A stretch of 64,000 bases of DNA from a bacterium (GCA_035402825.1 DAONDZ010000005.1:8276-72275); one strand, 5' to 3'; shown: positions 38,895-49,101, counted from the first letter of the stretch. Notes: generated by a model from the sequence alone, not told the origin. Numbers and translations: made by a program.

Positions 38895-38923
38895 ACTTTA
38901 ACAAAAACCCCTAATGAAGTCAA
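38895..38923 (-). promoter_or_regulatory. Sigma70-like promoter of the str operon (TTGACT-17-TAAAGT on the minus strand)
   Basis: Reverse complement of 38918-38923 is TTGACT and of 38895-38900 is TAAAGT; preceded by a CCCC motif as in the infA promoter. Confidence 0.45.
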
Positions 38924-38961
38924 GGGGAAATCCCCTTTATCGCCTCATAAATTGCCTAATA

Positions 38962-38990
38962 TTGACATAATTAGACAAATATGCTATAGT
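38962..38990 (+). promoter_or_regulatory. Sigma70-like promoter (TTGACA-17-TATAGT) for the 39035 gene
   Basis: TTGACA at 38962-38967 and TATAGT at 38985-38990. Confidence 0.5.
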
Positions 38991-39034
38991 ATACAGACAA
39001 ATAGTCGCGAACATTCACAACAAAATCCAGAAAA

Positions 39035-39892
39035 ATGAAAAAATTGATCAGCATTGCCCTATTGGTAGTCTTCAGCACTGCCGCCTTTAGCCAGATAAAT
39101 GATGTAAAACTGGACAGCAACCTCACCATTAACAAGATCTATGTCGGGATCTTAAATACCACGGCCTTCAACACCGAAGCAGCTACAGTCACCAACAATT
39201 TTAGCTTCAGGGTTGGCACCATGGCTACCTGGCAGACCACAAAATGGATGAAGGTGAAGGCTTTTGCCACTTTGGACTATAGCGACGGGACAGCCACGCC
39301 AATTAATTCATTCTCAGTAAAATTCCATAACAAGAAAGAAGGTTTTGGAGTTGAACTGGGTTATATGGCCACCCCCGCCACCGAAAGCCGTCCTTTGCCT
39401 CCCAGCGCCGCCGGACATTTTGAAACATTCACCGAAGCCAATATTCCCGGTAGTGCCTTAGGCATAAAAACCGGGGTAAAAATTGGTAAAACCACCACGC
39501 TTTCCGCCGGGGTATGCGCCAGGAACAAAGAAGCCGAATATCATCTGCGTTTTGGTTCTAAAGTAGTTGATCTCTCGGTATTCGCTAATCCCACCTCCCA
39601 GGAATTCGGCGGAGTGTCGGTAATCAAAGCTGGTCCGGTCTATAATACCACCGTATTTAAAAATAAAGTTGCCGAAAACTTTTTCGCCAACTTTACAAAT
39701 GTTGAACTTAACAAGAAGAAAGACATTTGCTGGTATTTAGATTTCGGCTATCAGATTGACACCAAAGAAGTAAAACGGTTGGAAACTGGTCTGTTCAAAA
39801 CCTTTTCCAGTAAATGGGTCAACGGACTCGTTTGCCTGGGATATAGGCACGAAAACAAATCAGTCTGTGGATATTTATTCGTCCACCTCTAA
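39035..39892 (+). CDS. Secreted beta-rich protein with signal peptide, hypothetical
   Basis: MKKLISIALLVVFSTAAFSQ signal peptide; alternating hydrophobic pattern. Confidence 0.5.
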   Translation: MKKLISIALLVVFSTAAFSQINDVKLDSNLTINKIYVGILNTTAFNTEAATVTNNFSFRVGTMATWQTTKWMKVKAFATLDYSDGTATPINSFSVKFHNKKEGFGVELGYMATPATESRPLPPSAAGHFETFTEANIPGSALGIKTGVKIGKTTTLSAGVCARNKEAEYHLRFGSKVVDLSVFANPTSQEFGGVSVIKAGPVYNTTVFKNKVAENFFANFTNVELNKKKDICWYLDFGYQIDTKEVKRLETGLFKTFSSKWVNGLVCLGYRHENKSVCGYLFVHL

Positions 39893-39943
39893 CTGATACC
39901 ACAAGAATCTTTTCAAAAAGCCTTGCCACAAAGCAAGGTTTTT

Positions 39944-40375
39944 TTATATCAAAAAGAAAATGGCAAAGAGAACAATAGTAAAAATCAGCTCCGCTCGAGA
40001 ATAATAACCGATGAATCCCTTAGTATTCCATTTCTTGAGAGGAAAAAGAGGATAAAAATCAGAGTTATCTACCGCATCCAGCAGGAAGTGTCCCAAATAA
40101 CCTAAACCAAAAACTAACCCGATTTTTAGGCTAAAAATACACAAAATACCAGTAATTACCCCCCAAGCGATAAAGCTATGCAAATAGCTGCGGCCGCTGC
40201 CATGGACACTTTTAGTCCGGGCCAAAAACTTTTTCACGCTACCCAATGCCCCTTCCCGGGCATAAGGGACCAGGTGGTCCAAATCAATCGCCACTGAGCT
40301 AATAATGGCCGTAGGATAATCACCGGTTAATTTGCCGATAATCAATCCGGCGGCTAAATGGGCTGTAGTATACAT
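39944..40375 (-). CDS. Membrane-bound metal-dependent hydrolase (YdjM/DUF457-like)
   Basis: Pattern HLAAGLIIG…DLDHL…HSF. Confidence 0.5.
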   Translation of the reverse strand: MYTTAHLAAGLIIGKLTGDYPTAIISSVAIDLDHLVPYAREGALGSVKKFLARTKSVHGSGRSYLHSFIAWGVITGILCIFSLKIGLVFGLGYLGHFLLDAVDNSDFYPLFPLKKWNTKGFIGYYSRAELIFTIVLFAIFFLI

Positions 40376-40376
40376 A

Positions 40377-41021
40377 TTAAAATATTCTATAACCGGTAAT
40401 TAAGGCAAAGAGGCCATTAATTATCGGTACAATTAATTGATATCCCATAAAAGCAAAAATCAAAACCAGAAGCAAACCATAACGTTCCAAGCTCAAAAAT
40501 TTTTCCTGCCATAGAGGAGGCAAAAAAGCTGCCAATACTTTAGATCCGTCTAAGGGCGGTAAGGGCACCAAGTTAAAAATCATTAGTAAAATATTGATAT
40601 AAACCACTATTCCTAAAAATCCCAGCATATTTTCTCCCAAAAACGGACAAAATCTGATGACTATACCGAATAATAGAGCTAGAATTAGGTTCCCCAAAGG
40701 GCCGGCGATAGCTACTTTAGCCGCTCCCCACTTTTGATCCCGCAAGGCATAGGGGTTGAAAGGAACCGGTTTGGCCCAACCGAAAATAATACCAGTGCCG
40801 GATAAAACCATGAGCAGTGGTATGATAATAGAGCCAAAGAGATCAATATGCGGAATCGGATTAAGGGTTAATCGCCCCAAATCTTTAGCCGTATGGTCTC
40901 CCAGGCGATAAGCCATAAAACCATGCATATATTCATGGATTATGGCGGAAAAGACTAGGACTATAATCTGAAATAATTGAATCATAGAGCTAATTTTATC
41001 ACATCTTGATATTTTTATCAA
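40377..41021 (-). CDS. Site-2 protease / peptidase M50-family zinc metalloprotease
   Basis: HEYMH (HExxH) within a TM helix plus a downstream LNPIPHIDLFG-like motif. Confidence 0.7.
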   Translation of the reverse strand: MIKISRCDKISSMIQLFQIIVLVFSAIIHEYMHGFMAYRLGDHTAKDLGRLTLNPIPHIDLFGSIIIPLLMVLSGTGIIFGWAKPVPFNPYALRDQKWGAAKVAIAGPLGNLILALLFGIVIRFCPFLGENMLGFLGIVVYINILLMIFNLVPLPPLDGSKVLAAFLPPLWQEKFLSLERYGLLLVLIFAFMGYQLIVPIINGLFALITGYRIF

Positions 41022-41067
41022 AGGATGTTATGATAGCCAAAGCTGATAAATAAGAAAAGAAAAAAAT

Positions 41068-41244
41068 ATGGCTAAGAAATGCGATCTGTGCGGCCGGGGC
41101 TCAACTAGAGGTGCTACCCGCTCTCACTCTAAAAGAAAAACTTTAAAACGTCAGAATATCAATCTGCAACCTAAGAATATCGGCGGTATCAAAGTTAAAC
41201 TCTGCACCTCCTGCTTAAGAAGCATGAAGAAGAACGACAAATAA
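41068..41244 (+). CDS. rpmB: 50S ribosomal protein L28
   Basis: Manually translated 58 aa: MAKKCDLCGRGSTRGATRSHSKRKTLKRQNINLQ…. Confidence 0.8.
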   Translation: MAKKCDLCGRGSTRGATRSHSKRKTLKRQNINLQPKNIGGIKVKLCTSCLRSMKKNDK

Positions 41245-41273
41245 TTATTTTCAATTATTACAAAGAAATCGAG

Positions 41274-42686
41274 TCAAGCTCGATTTTTTTGTTTGTTAAA
41301 AAAATAATAGACTAAAAAGAAACCACTATAAAACAGTCCTGCCCCGCCCCAGTTCCAACGCCAGTCCACAGTAGCCAGCGGCACTCGGGCGATTATCTCC
41401 GCCGCTGAGAAAATATAGAGCAGACCGAAATAGGCCGGCAGAAAAAATATCTTCACAAGTGGCGGCAATAATGCCGCCAGTAATAACCCTCCTAGCAATG
41501 TGGCCATCAGAAATGGAAATATCCACAGCAATAAAATATTAGCCAAGGGCGCTATCACCGAGAAGCGGCCGAAGTTCACAGCTATTAGCGGTGCTGTCAA
41601 AAGCTGAGAGGCGATGGTTAATACAAATACTTCCCAAACTCCTTGAGCCCAACGCTGTTTAGGCCAATTAACAAAATAAGAATTCAGCCAAGGATAAATA
41701 TAAATTAAAGCAATCATTGCCAAATAAGACAGTTGGAACCCCAAGTCGGCGGTCAGCCACAATGGATTAATGAGGAGCATGAAAGCCGCCGAAAAAATTA
41801 AGAGCCAAGTCCCATTCTGTTTTCCCTTTTGACTCATAATCACTAAAGCCAAAATACCCATCACCAATGATCTTAAAGCCGCGGCCGAAGAGCCGGTTAG
41901 CAGAACATAGAAGGACAAAAAACTGATGGTTAAAATTAATTTGGGTCGGCGAAAAAATATTCCCATTATCTTCTGCCAAATCATGGCCATGATAGTAATG
42001 TGGGTACCGGAAATAGCAATCATGTGACTAACACCAATTTCCGAAAACAAATCTAAATATTCCCGACTGACCGTATTCTTGTATCCTAAGATTAAAGCAT
42101 TAGCCAGACCCGCCTCCGGCTCCGGCATTGATTTATCAATTATCTTTTTTAAATTATCTTTGAGGCGAAATAAGACCGAAAAGAATCCTCTCTTCTCCTC
42201 AGCCACTTTCTCCAAGCTGGGCTGGCGAGAAATTAAATATATTCCTTGTTTAGCTAAATAGCGGTCATAGCGAAAACCATCAATTTCTCCCGGCCGCTCT
42301 ATCTTTCCCCGGAAATTAACCTGGTCGCCATAATAATACGGCGGATATAATCCCACCGTGGCCAATACCTTTTGCTTAGCAAAGCAAAGCACTAATTTTT
42401 GTTGATCCAATCTCAAATCCGGTTCAGCGCAAATAGTAGCGGCAAATTCATACTTCCCCGGTTGAAAATCAGGCGGCATGGGAATTAAACTAATTCGCAT
42501 TATTCCCAAAATATAAGCCAAGCTCATCAGCCAAAACTTTGTCTTTGTTCGCCAACAATATAACACCAAAAATAACAATCCGATTAGAGCGACAACATTA
42601 TTAAAAACCAGGGCTAAAGATAGTCCTAAAATAAAACTCAAAAACATCAATTGTAATTTTTGATTACCAAATAGTAGAAAGCGCAT
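41274..42686 (-). CDS. comEC: ComEC/Rec2-family competence membrane protein (no metallo-beta-lactamase domain)
   Basis: DUF4131-like N-terminus and competence-domain motif FSEIGVSHMIAISGTHITIMAM. Confidence 0.7.
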   Translation of the reverse strand: MRFLLFGNQKLQLMFLSFILGLSLALVFNNVVALIGLLFLVLYCWRTKTKFWLMSLAYILGIMRISLIPMPPDFQPGKYEFAATICAEPDLRLDQQKLVLCFAKQKVLATVGLYPPYYYGDQVNFRGKIERPGEIDGFRYDRYLAKQGIYLISRQPSLEKVAEEKRGFFSVLFRLKDNLKKIIDKSMPEPEAGLANALILGYKNTVSREYLDLFSEIGVSHMIAISGTHITIMAMIWQKIMGIFFRRPKLILTISFLSFYVLLTGSSAAALRSLVMGILALVIMSQKGKQNGTWLLIFSAAFMLLINPLWLTADLGFQLSYLAMIALIYIYPWLNSYFVNWPKQRWAQGVWEVFVLTIASQLLTAPLIAVNFGRFSVIAPLANILLLWIFPFLMATLLGGLLLAALLPPLVKIFFLPAYFGLLYIFSAAEIIARVPLATVDWRWNWGGAGLFYSGFFLVYYFFNKQKNRA

Positions 42687-42788
42687 TGTCTAATCATAAC
42701 AAGGCGGTGATGAAGAAAGGATAAAGAGTAGTTGACAAGCGCCGGATAATGAAGGAAAATAACCATAGGACCTTTAAACCCTTGAAAA

Positions 42789-43226
42789 ATGGCTAACAAT
42801 ACAGAAAGTGATTGGCGAGACCAGCTTTCTCTGGCCAATCAAGAGCTAGGCGATGCGCCGGATGATTTCAACACCATCAATCGGGAATCATTAGATTATA
42901 TCAAGAAAATGATTACCTGGGCGCAAAACATTAGGCTTCCCTTGCGTCATGTCTGGGAAGAAGCCCGGGACAGAGAGGATTATATTATGATGGACAAGAT
43001 TCAAGATGCCTTTCAACCCTCATTTGAAATTCGTTTCTTCCTGGACAGAATTACTGTTGAGATTAATCAAGCCGAAGCCAATTTAGTAATTAACGACTTA
43101 AATTGGGATGACTACCCTATTCTCTCAGAATTAGTCGTATCGGTAATGAACGCTAGCCAACTAATCAATGAAATTCTTTATGATTTGGGTAGAGCAACTC
43201 TCAGAGTTTTCTACTTTAGAAATTAA
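42789..43226 (+). CDS. Hypothetical protein
   Basis: 145-aa ORF ending at a bidirectional terminator. Confidence 0.4.
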   Translation: MANNTESDWRDQLSLANQELGDAPDDFNTINRESLDYIKKMITWAQNIRLPLRHVWEEARDREDYIMMDKIQDAFQPSFEIRFFLDRITVEINQAEANLVINDLNWDDYPILSELVVSVMNASQLINEILYDLGRATLRVFYFRN

Positions 43227-43257
43227 AAAAATCCCTCAACCAAGGGATTTTTTATTT
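43224..43257. terminator. Bidirectional rho-independent terminator between convergent genes
   Basis: A-tract, then AUCCCU-CAACCA-AGGGAU, then U-tract. Confidence 0.6.
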
Positions 43258-43301
43258 GTTAAAAAATAATATAATTATCTGGCAGTATAGCACGAAAAAA
43301 A

Positions 43302-44393
43302 TTATTTAATAAACCGTAAATAGGCTTCGCTGAATTTTTCTAAGTTACCGTCTAAAACCGAATTGATATCTGTTTCTTCATAATCGCTGCGGTGGTCTTT
43401 CACTAACTGATAAGGCTGCATGACATAAGATCTAATCTGCTTGCCCCATTCAGCCACTTTTACATCTCCTTTTAATTTCTTTTCTTCTTTGTTTTTCTTC
43501 TCTTCTTCTAGATGTTTTAGTTTAGCCCGCAAAACCCGCAAAGCAATTTCCCGATTCTGGAGCTGGGATCTTTCGCTCTGGCAAGTTATGGAAATCTTAG
43601 TCGGCAAATGGATTAATCGCACCGCCGAAGCAGTTTTGTTGACATTTTGTCCACCCGGACCGGAAGAGTGATAGAACTCCCATTTTAAATCTTCGTCTCT
43701 GATCTCCACCGATTCGCTTTCCGGCAATTCCGGAATAACCTCCACTAAAGCAAAAGAGGTGTGGCGCATAGACTCGGCATCAAAGGGTGAGATTCGCACC
43801 AAGCGATGGACACCGTTTTCGCTCTTGAAATAGCCATAGGCGAAATGTCCGCTCACTCGAAAAGAAACGCTCTTGATACCCGCTTCCTGCCCTTCCAGAC
43901 GGTCAATTATCTCTGCCTTAAACCCCAGCTTCTCACTATAGCGATAGTACATTCTTTCTAATATTTGCGCCCAATCTTGCGCATCCACTCCGCCCACGCC
44001 GGCATGGATAGAAACAATGGCATTGCTCGCATCATATTTCTCGGAGAATAATAACAAAAACTCTAAATCAGAAAATTGGGCTAATAGATCTAAATATCTC
44101 TTTTCCACTTCTTCATTTAAATCCTTCTCCCCTTCTTTGTCCGCCAAAGCTGCCAATTCTTCCAACTCTCTAATTTCTTTAGATAAAGACTGCCATTTCA
44201 ACAATTCCTTTTCCAGGCCCTCAGCCTGACGAGAAATATCCGCCGCCTTTCTCTGATCATTCCAAAAATCCGGCCGACTCATTTCCCGCTTCAATTCCCG
44301 AGCTTCGCTTTCCATTTGCGGCAAGTCTAAAAGAGCCTCGGCTCGCGTCAGTCTTTCTCGTAATTCTTCAATTTTCTTAATCAAATTTTCCAT
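43302..44393 (-). CDS. prfB: Peptide chain release factor 2, uninterrupted (no +1 frameshift site)
   Basis: SPF tripeptide (RISPFDA) and GGQ (SGPGGQNVNKT). Confidence 0.85.
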   Translation of the reverse strand: MENLIKKIEELRERLTRAEALLDLPQMESEARELKREMSRPDFWNDQRKAADISRQAEGLEKELLKWQSLSKEIRELEELAALADKEGEKDLNEEVEKRYLDLLAQFSDLEFLLLFSEKYDASNAIVSIHAGVGGVDAQDWAQILERMYYRYSEKLGFKAEIIDRLEGQEAGIKSVSFRVSGHFAYGYFKSENGVHRLVRISPFDAESMRHTSFALVEVIPELPESESVEIRDEDLKWEFYHSSGPGGQNVNKTASAVRLIHLPTKISITCQSERSQLQNREIALRVLRAKLKHLEEEKKNKEEKKLKGDVKVAEWGKQIRSYVMQPYQLVKDHRSDYEETDINSVLDGNLEKFSEAYLRFIK

Positions 44394-44417
44394 ATTATTA
44401 TCATACCAAACTTTCCC

Positions 44418-44452
44418 CCAAATACAAAACCCGCGATTTTTCGCGGGTTTTA
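44418..44452 (-). terminator. Terminator hairpin between the 44460 gene and prfB
   Basis: AACCCGCGA-UUUU-UCGCGGGUU. Confidence 0.45.
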
Positions 44453-44459
44453 AAGAGTA

Positions 44460-45089
44460 TTAAACTCTGAAGGCTTCCCTGAATTTAATCTTTTCATCTC
44501 TCATTAGAGTCATCCATTCTATTTTTGGCGAGATTATAGAAATATATTTATCCATTTCTTGGCAAATACTTTCTCTCAAATTATACCGAACCTCGCTACT
44601 GCACTGATCCAAGCGAACAAAATGATTTTCTAATATCCCAATAGCATTGGACAGTTCATCATTCTCTTCAATTTTAATTTTCATGAGGTGAACATAGAGC
44701 AAGCCGACTTTATACGAACCAGCCCCAATTAGGGCTTGGAAGATAAAGCTCCAATAAGCGTCTTTCCGGGTATTGGCATAGCATGATTTTAAATCCATTC
44801 CCAGCTCCTCTAAGCAGTGAGCCTGCATTTCTTCATCAGTTCCAGGACCAAACAGGTTTGCTTGCAATTGTGCAGCAATATCGTCCTTAAACTCAATTAG
44901 AAAAGATGTCGGCGCCTCAGACAAGGTGCCCAGGAAATCCCAACAGTCATCCTGAGTAGAATCTGAAACCAAACGGATGTCTTGGCAAAACTTAAATTTC
45001 CGTCTAATCCTTTTGATGTACAAAAGAAAGGATAGAATTATTCCCAAATGAATAATCAAAAACAAAATAGCAGCAATATATGTTTCCAT
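44460..45089 (-). CDS. Hypothetical membrane-anchored protein
   Basis: 209 aa with an N-terminal TM helix. Confidence 0.4.
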   Translation of the reverse strand: METYIAAILFLIIHLGIILSFLLYIKRIRRKFKFCQDIRLVSDSTQDDCWDFLGTLSEAPTSFLIEFKDDIAAQLQANLFGPGTDEEMQAHCLEELGMDLKSCYANTRKDAYWSFIFQALIGAGSYKVGLLYVHLMKIKIEENDELSNAIGILENHFVRLDQCSSEVRYNLRESICQEMDKYISIISPKIEWMTLMRDEKIKFREAFRV

Positions 45090-45150
45090 GATAAAGGGTT
45101 TTAATGAACATTCCGTCTATATTAAAACAAAATACTTGAAATGTCAACTA

Positions 45151-45180
45151 ACACAAAACCCGCCAGATAAGCGGGTTTTG
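45151..45180 (-). terminator. Rho-independent terminator downstream of rpsI
   Basis: On the minus strand, AACCCGC-UUAUCUG-GCGGGUU followed by UUUGUGU. Confidence 0.55.
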
Positions 45181-45204
45181 AAATATATAAACGGAATAGA
45201 TAAA

Positions 45205-45684
45205 TTAACGTTTGGACCATTGCGGAGCACGGCGAGCTTTGCGCAAGCCAGGCTTCTTTCTTTCCACTTCTCTCGGGTCGCGAGTCAAATAATCGGCAGC
45301 TTTTAAAGCCGGCTTTAAGTTTTCGTCAATCTTCAACAAAGCGCGAGCCACACCTAAACGGATAGCTTCGGCTTGGCCATTCTTGCCTCCACCATGAACG
45401 ACAGCAGAAACGCTCAAATTGCGGTTCTGGCCGGTCAATTTCAAAGGTTGGGTAATCAAATTGGCCTGATCTTCAGAAAAATACTTAGTCGGTTTCTGGT
45501 TATTTACCACCACGCCTCCCTTGCCTTCTAAATATAGTCTAACGCGAGCAGTGGCAGTCTTGCGACGACCAATAGCGGCGATATATTTACCGGCAAACTC
45601 GTTAGCCTCCTTTACTTCCTTTTCCTTAACAACCTTTTTCGGAGCGGCTTTAACGGTGGTAGTTTTCTTTACTTTTTCTGCCAT
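45205..45684 (-). CDS. rpsI: 30S ribosomal protein S9 (with N-terminal extension)
   Basis: C-terminal …GGGKNGQAEAIRLGVARALL…RRAPQWSKR. Confidence 0.9.
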   Translation of the reverse strand: MAEKVKKTTTVKAAPKKVVKEKEVKEANEFAGKYIAAIGRRKTATARVRLYLEGKGGVVVNNQKPTKYFSEDQANLITQPLKLTGQNRNLSVSAVVHGGGKNGQAEAIRLGVARALLKIDENLKPALKAADYLTRDPREVERKKPGLRKARRAPQWSKR

Positions 45685-45697
45685 ATAATTTAGTGCT

Positions 45698-46069
45698 TTA
45701 CTTAATAATTAAACGCTTCATCATGGCCGGGCGTAACTTGGTAGGCGGCAGCATCTGTTTGACAGCGCGCTGTAATACTTCCGCCGGCTTGGTCTTCATG
45801 ACCACCGACAATTTCTTGCGCTTCAAACCGCCTAAATAGCCAGAATAGCTTTTATATTCTTTCTGCTCTAACTTCTTACCGGTAAACTTCATCAATTTCA
45901 CATTCTTGACTTCCACGATGTCGCCGGCATCAATATGCGGCAAATAGCTAGCTTTGTTCTTGCCACGTAATAAAATGGCAATTTGGGTAGCTAAACGACC
46001 AGCGGCCTGTCCTTCGGCATCTAAATGATGAATAGCTCTCTTGATTGGTTGTGCTTTTTTATCAGCCAT
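45698..46069 (-). CDS. rplM: 50S ribosomal protein L13
   Basis: L13 sequence directly upstream of rpsI. Confidence 0.85.
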   Translation of the reverse strand: MADKKAQPIKRAIHHLDAEGQAAGRLATQIAILLRGKNKASYLPHIDAGDIVEVKNVKLMKFTGKKLEQKEYKSYSGYLGGLKRKKLSVVMKTKPAEVLQRAVKQMLPPTKLRPAMMKRLIIK

Positions 46070-46075
46070 ATAATT

Positions 46076-46426
46076 TTATACTAATTCAATTTGAACCATA
46101 TTAGCCCCATCACCTTGGCGGAAACCTAATTTAACGATACGGGTATAGCCTCCTTGGCGATCTTGATAGCGGGCGCCTAAAACTTCCATTGATTTTTTAA
46201 CAGCATTTTTCTGTAAAAGCACCTGAATCAATCTCCGGCGAGAATTTAAATTGCCGGTCTTAGCGATAGTAATTAATCTTTCCACTATCGGTCTCACCAC
46301 CTTAGCCTTAGCTTCGGTAGTTTTCACTTTTTCATACAAAATCACGCTGGAAGCCAAATTCCGGAGCATTAATTCCCGAGAGGCCTTGTCGCGATCTAAA
46401 ATTTTTCCTTTATTAGCGTGTCTCAT
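46076..46426 (-). CDS. rplQ: 50S ribosomal protein L17
   Basis: MRHANKGKILDRD start. Confidence 0.85.
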   Translation of the reverse strand: MRHANKGKILDRDKASRELMLRNLASSVILYEKVKTTEAKAKVVRPIVERLITIAKTGNLNSRRRLIQVLLQKNAVKKSMEVLGARYQDRQGGYTRIVKLGFRQGDGANMVQIELV

Positions 46427-46445
46427 ATAAATGGATATTTAAAAC

Positions 46446-47231
46446 TTATTTTTTCTTCTTGGTTTTGGGTTTTTCTTCAGTCTCAACAACTTCTTCTTCG
46501 GCGGCTACTTCAGCTACCGGTTCTTCCACTGCTTCCACTTCTAAAGCGCCGGGTAATAAAGCGTTGAATTGATCAATTAAGACCTCAACTGATTTATTAA
46601 AAGCTTCTTCAAAAGTAATAGTACCATCAGTTTTGACCTTCAAGATCAATTTATCCCAGTTAGTCATTTTACCGACGCGGACATTTTCATTTTCAATGGA
46701 AACAGACAAAATCGGAGAGAAGATAGCATCCACTTCAATGAATCCTAATTCTCCCTTGCCCTTTTCACTGGTATCGGATAATTGATAGCCGCGGCCTGGT
46801 TTGGCATAAATTTCCATTTCTAAATTGCCGGCCGGATCGGTAATCTGAGCTAAAACTAGATCAGGATTAACGACTTCTACTTGGCTATTCTTAGCTATAT
46901 CAGCGGCGGTGACGATTTTCTTACCAGAAACTGACAAATCTAATTTCACTTCCTCTTCACCGTGAATTTTCAAACGCAATTGCTTCAAATTTAAAATAAT
47001 CTCCAAAATGTCTTCTTTGATATTCTCCAAAGCCATGAATTCATGACTAGCTCCCTTGATTTTGACACCGGTAACGGCTGCTCCCGGCAAGGAAGACAAA
47101 AGCACGCGGCGCAAAGAGTTGCCCAAAGTCATACCATAGCCAGGAAACAAAGGCTCGATGATAATGTTACCTTCGTTTAACTCGGTTCCAGCTTGGAATT
47201 CAATTTTTTTAGGCAGAGCGATTTTTTCCAT
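46446..47231 (-). CDS. rpoA: DNA-directed RNA polymerase alpha subunit lacking the C-terminal domain (acidic tail instead)
   Basis: Alpha-NTD sequence; only 261 aa, ending in a disordered E/V/A-rich tail and KTKKKK. Confidence 0.8.
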   Translation of the reverse strand: MEKIALPKKIEFQAGTELNEGNIIIEPLFPGYGMTLGNSLRRVLLSSLPGAAVTGVKIKGASHEFMALENIKEDILEIILNLKQLRLKIHGEEEVKLDLSVSGKKIVTAADIAKNSQVEVVNPDLVLAQITDPAGNLEMEIYAKPGRGYQLSDTSEKGKGELGFIEVDAIFSPILSVSIENENVRVGKMTNWDKLILKVKTDGTITFEEAFNKSVEVLIDQFNALLPGALEVEAVEEPVAEVAAEEEVVETEEKPKTKKKK

Positions 47232-47263
47232 AATTTTATTATGAGAGTTATTATGAGAAATTT

Positions 47264-47893
47264 TTATTTGGAGTAGAACTCAATAATCATCTGGACATTG
47301 ATATGCTGAGGCATATCGTCCTTCTTCGGTTCATGTAAAACCTTGGCGCTCAAATCTTCAGCGTTAAAATTAACCCAGCTCGGCAAATTCACGTTCTTCA
47401 AGCGTTCGGTTAGATCTCTGAAGAATTTGCTCTTAACGCTAGTTTTCTTAATTTTGATAATATCGCCGGTTTTAACATTAAATGAAGGGATATCAACCTT
47501 ACGGCCGTTCACGGTAAAATGACCGTGGTTAACCAACTGCCTGGCCTGAGAGTGAGAAGTAGCCCAACCCAAACGACAGATAGTATTGTCTAAACGCATT
47601 TCTAACAATTTTAGGAAGTTATAACCGGTATCGCCAGTCTGATTCTTAGCCTTATCAAAAGTCAAACGGAATTGGCTTTCCATTAGATGATACATCTTTT
47701 TAGCCTTTTGTTTTTCCGCCAATTGAGCTCCATAGTCGCTACCTCTCTTTTTGCCCTTCGGACCATGAATACCAGGAGCGTAGTTGCGTTTTAAAATAGC
47801 GCACTTAGCACTAGTACAGCGCTCGCCTTTTAAAAGCAGTTTTTCGCCCAGACGGCGGCATTGTTTGCATTTCGGAGATAAATTTCTTCCCAT
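47264..47893 (-). CDS. rpsD: 30S ribosomal protein S4
   Basis: N-terminal C..C…C..C zinc-type motif and S4 domain. Confidence 0.9.
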   Translation of the reverse strand: MGRNLSPKCKQCRRLGEKLLLKGERCTSAKCAILKRNYAPGIHGPKGKKRGSDYGAQLAEKQKAKKMYHLMESQFRLTFDKAKNQTGDTGYNFLKLLEMRLDNTICRLGWATSHSQARQLVNHGHFTVNGRKVDIPSFNVKTGDIIKIKKTSVKSKFFRDLTERLKNVNLPSWVNFNAEDLSAKVLHEPKKDDMPQHINVQMIIEFYSK

Positions 47894-47916
47894 ATAAACA
47901 AAATAATTAGATTAAA

Positions 47917-48519
47917 TTAAACACGTCTCGGTTTCTTCGGGCGGCAACCATTATGAGGAATCGGAGTGGTATCTTTAATGGCGGCTACATTCAAGCCGTT
48001 GGCATTCAAAGCTCTGATAGCCGCTTCGCGGCCGGTACCGACGCCAGAAACAAAAACTTTAACTTCTTCTAAACCGAATTCTTCCTTAGCCTTCTGAACA
48101 GCAATTTTAGTAATGATCTGAGCGGCATACGGGGTAGCTTTCTTGGCGCCTTTGAAACCGGCCATACCGGCGCTAGCCCAAGAAATAACATCGCCGTTAT
48201 TGTCGGTCAAAGTCATGATGGTGTTATTATAAGTGGCATTAATATAAGCCTTGCCGGATTTAACGGTCTTGGCCACTTTCTTCTTTTTCTTTTTGATAAT
48301 TTTCTTTTTGGCACGAGCAGCTTTGTTCTTTTCTAGTTTTTCCTTAATTTCAGCCGGCAATTCTTCGCTCTCAGACATCAAGCTATTAACTGCAGCTTCA
48401 TCGTTGTCTTCAAAGTCATCAACCAAAACTTCCGGGGCGGTTGCCTCGTCCATTGAATCTTTGGCCTGTTCAGCCATTTTTTCTTCTTCAATTTGCTTTT
48501 CTTCTGCCATATATAACAA
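47917..48519 (-). CDS. rpsK: 30S ribosomal protein S11 (with an about 70-aa acidic N-terminal extension)
   Basis: C-terminal S11 core …[13 protein letters not shown]…. Confidence 0.85.
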   Translation of the reverse strand: MLYMAEEKQIEEEKMAEQAKDSMDEATAPEVLVDDFEDNDEAAVNSLMSESEELPAEIKEKLEKNKAARAKKKIIKKKKKKVAKTVKSGKAYINATYNNTIMTLTDNNGDVISWASAGMAGFKGAKKATPYAAQIITKIAVQKAKEEFGLEEVKVFVSGVGTGREAAIRALNANGLNVAAIKDTTPIPHNGCRPKKPRRV

Positions 48520-48534
48520 ATTAATTATTGAATA

Positions 48535-48927
48535 TTAGGTCTTCTGAGCTGCTTTAGCCCGGCCGGAACCCATGGTTAGACGCTTATTACCTCTAACGGT
48601 ACGGCTGTTAGTCTTGGTTCTCTGTCCTCTAACCGGCAAATGACGGTTATGGCGCACGCCGCGGAAAGAATTGATTTCCTTCAAGCGCTTCACATTGCTA
48701 GCCACTTCTCGGCGCAAATCGCCTTCCACGACATATTGCTTTTCAATCATTTCTCGGATACGGTTGGCATCCTCTTCTTTTAAATCTTTAACTCTGATGC
48801 TCGGATCAATCTTGGCCTTTTCCAAAATTGCCTTACTCTGAGTCGGGCCAATGCCATAAATATAAGTCAAAGCTGTTTCGACTCTTTTTTCATTAGGGAT
48901 ATTAACACCGGCTATTCTGACTGCCAT
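48535..48927 (-). CDS. rpsM: 30S ribosomal protein S13
   Basis: [11 protein letters not shown] start. Confidence 0.9.
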   Translation of the reverse strand: MAVRIAGVNIPNEKRVETALTYIYGIGPTQSKAILEKAKIDPSIRVKDLKEEDANRIREMIEKQYVVEGDLRREVASNVKRLKEINSFRGVRHNRHLPVRGQRTKTNSRTVRGNKRLTMGSGRAKAAQKT

Positions 48928-48952
48928 AGAATTATGTAAAAATTAAAAATTA

Positions 48953-49066
48953 TTAACCCTGTCTCTGCTTGTGCTTAGGATTTTTGCAGATAACATAAAC
49001 TCGGCCCTTGCGGCGGACAACTTTGCAATCTTTACAGATTTTTTTAGCACTAGCTCTAACTTTCAT
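48953..49066 (-). CDS. rpmJ: 50S ribosomal protein L36
   Basis: Manually translated 37 aa: [37 protein letters not shown]. Confidence 0.85.
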   Translation of the reverse strand: MKVRASAKKICKDCKVVRRKGRVYVICKNPKHKQRQG

Positions 49067-49101
49067 ATAAAATTAAGTAAAAAATAAATTAAGCTTAGCA
49101 A

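Noticed and set aside
43302-44393. Possible programmed +1 frameshift in prfB
   Set aside because: The RF2 ORF is uninterrupted from a Met at the expected N-terminus (363 aa, SPF and GGQ present). No CUU-UGA-C frameshift site is needed.
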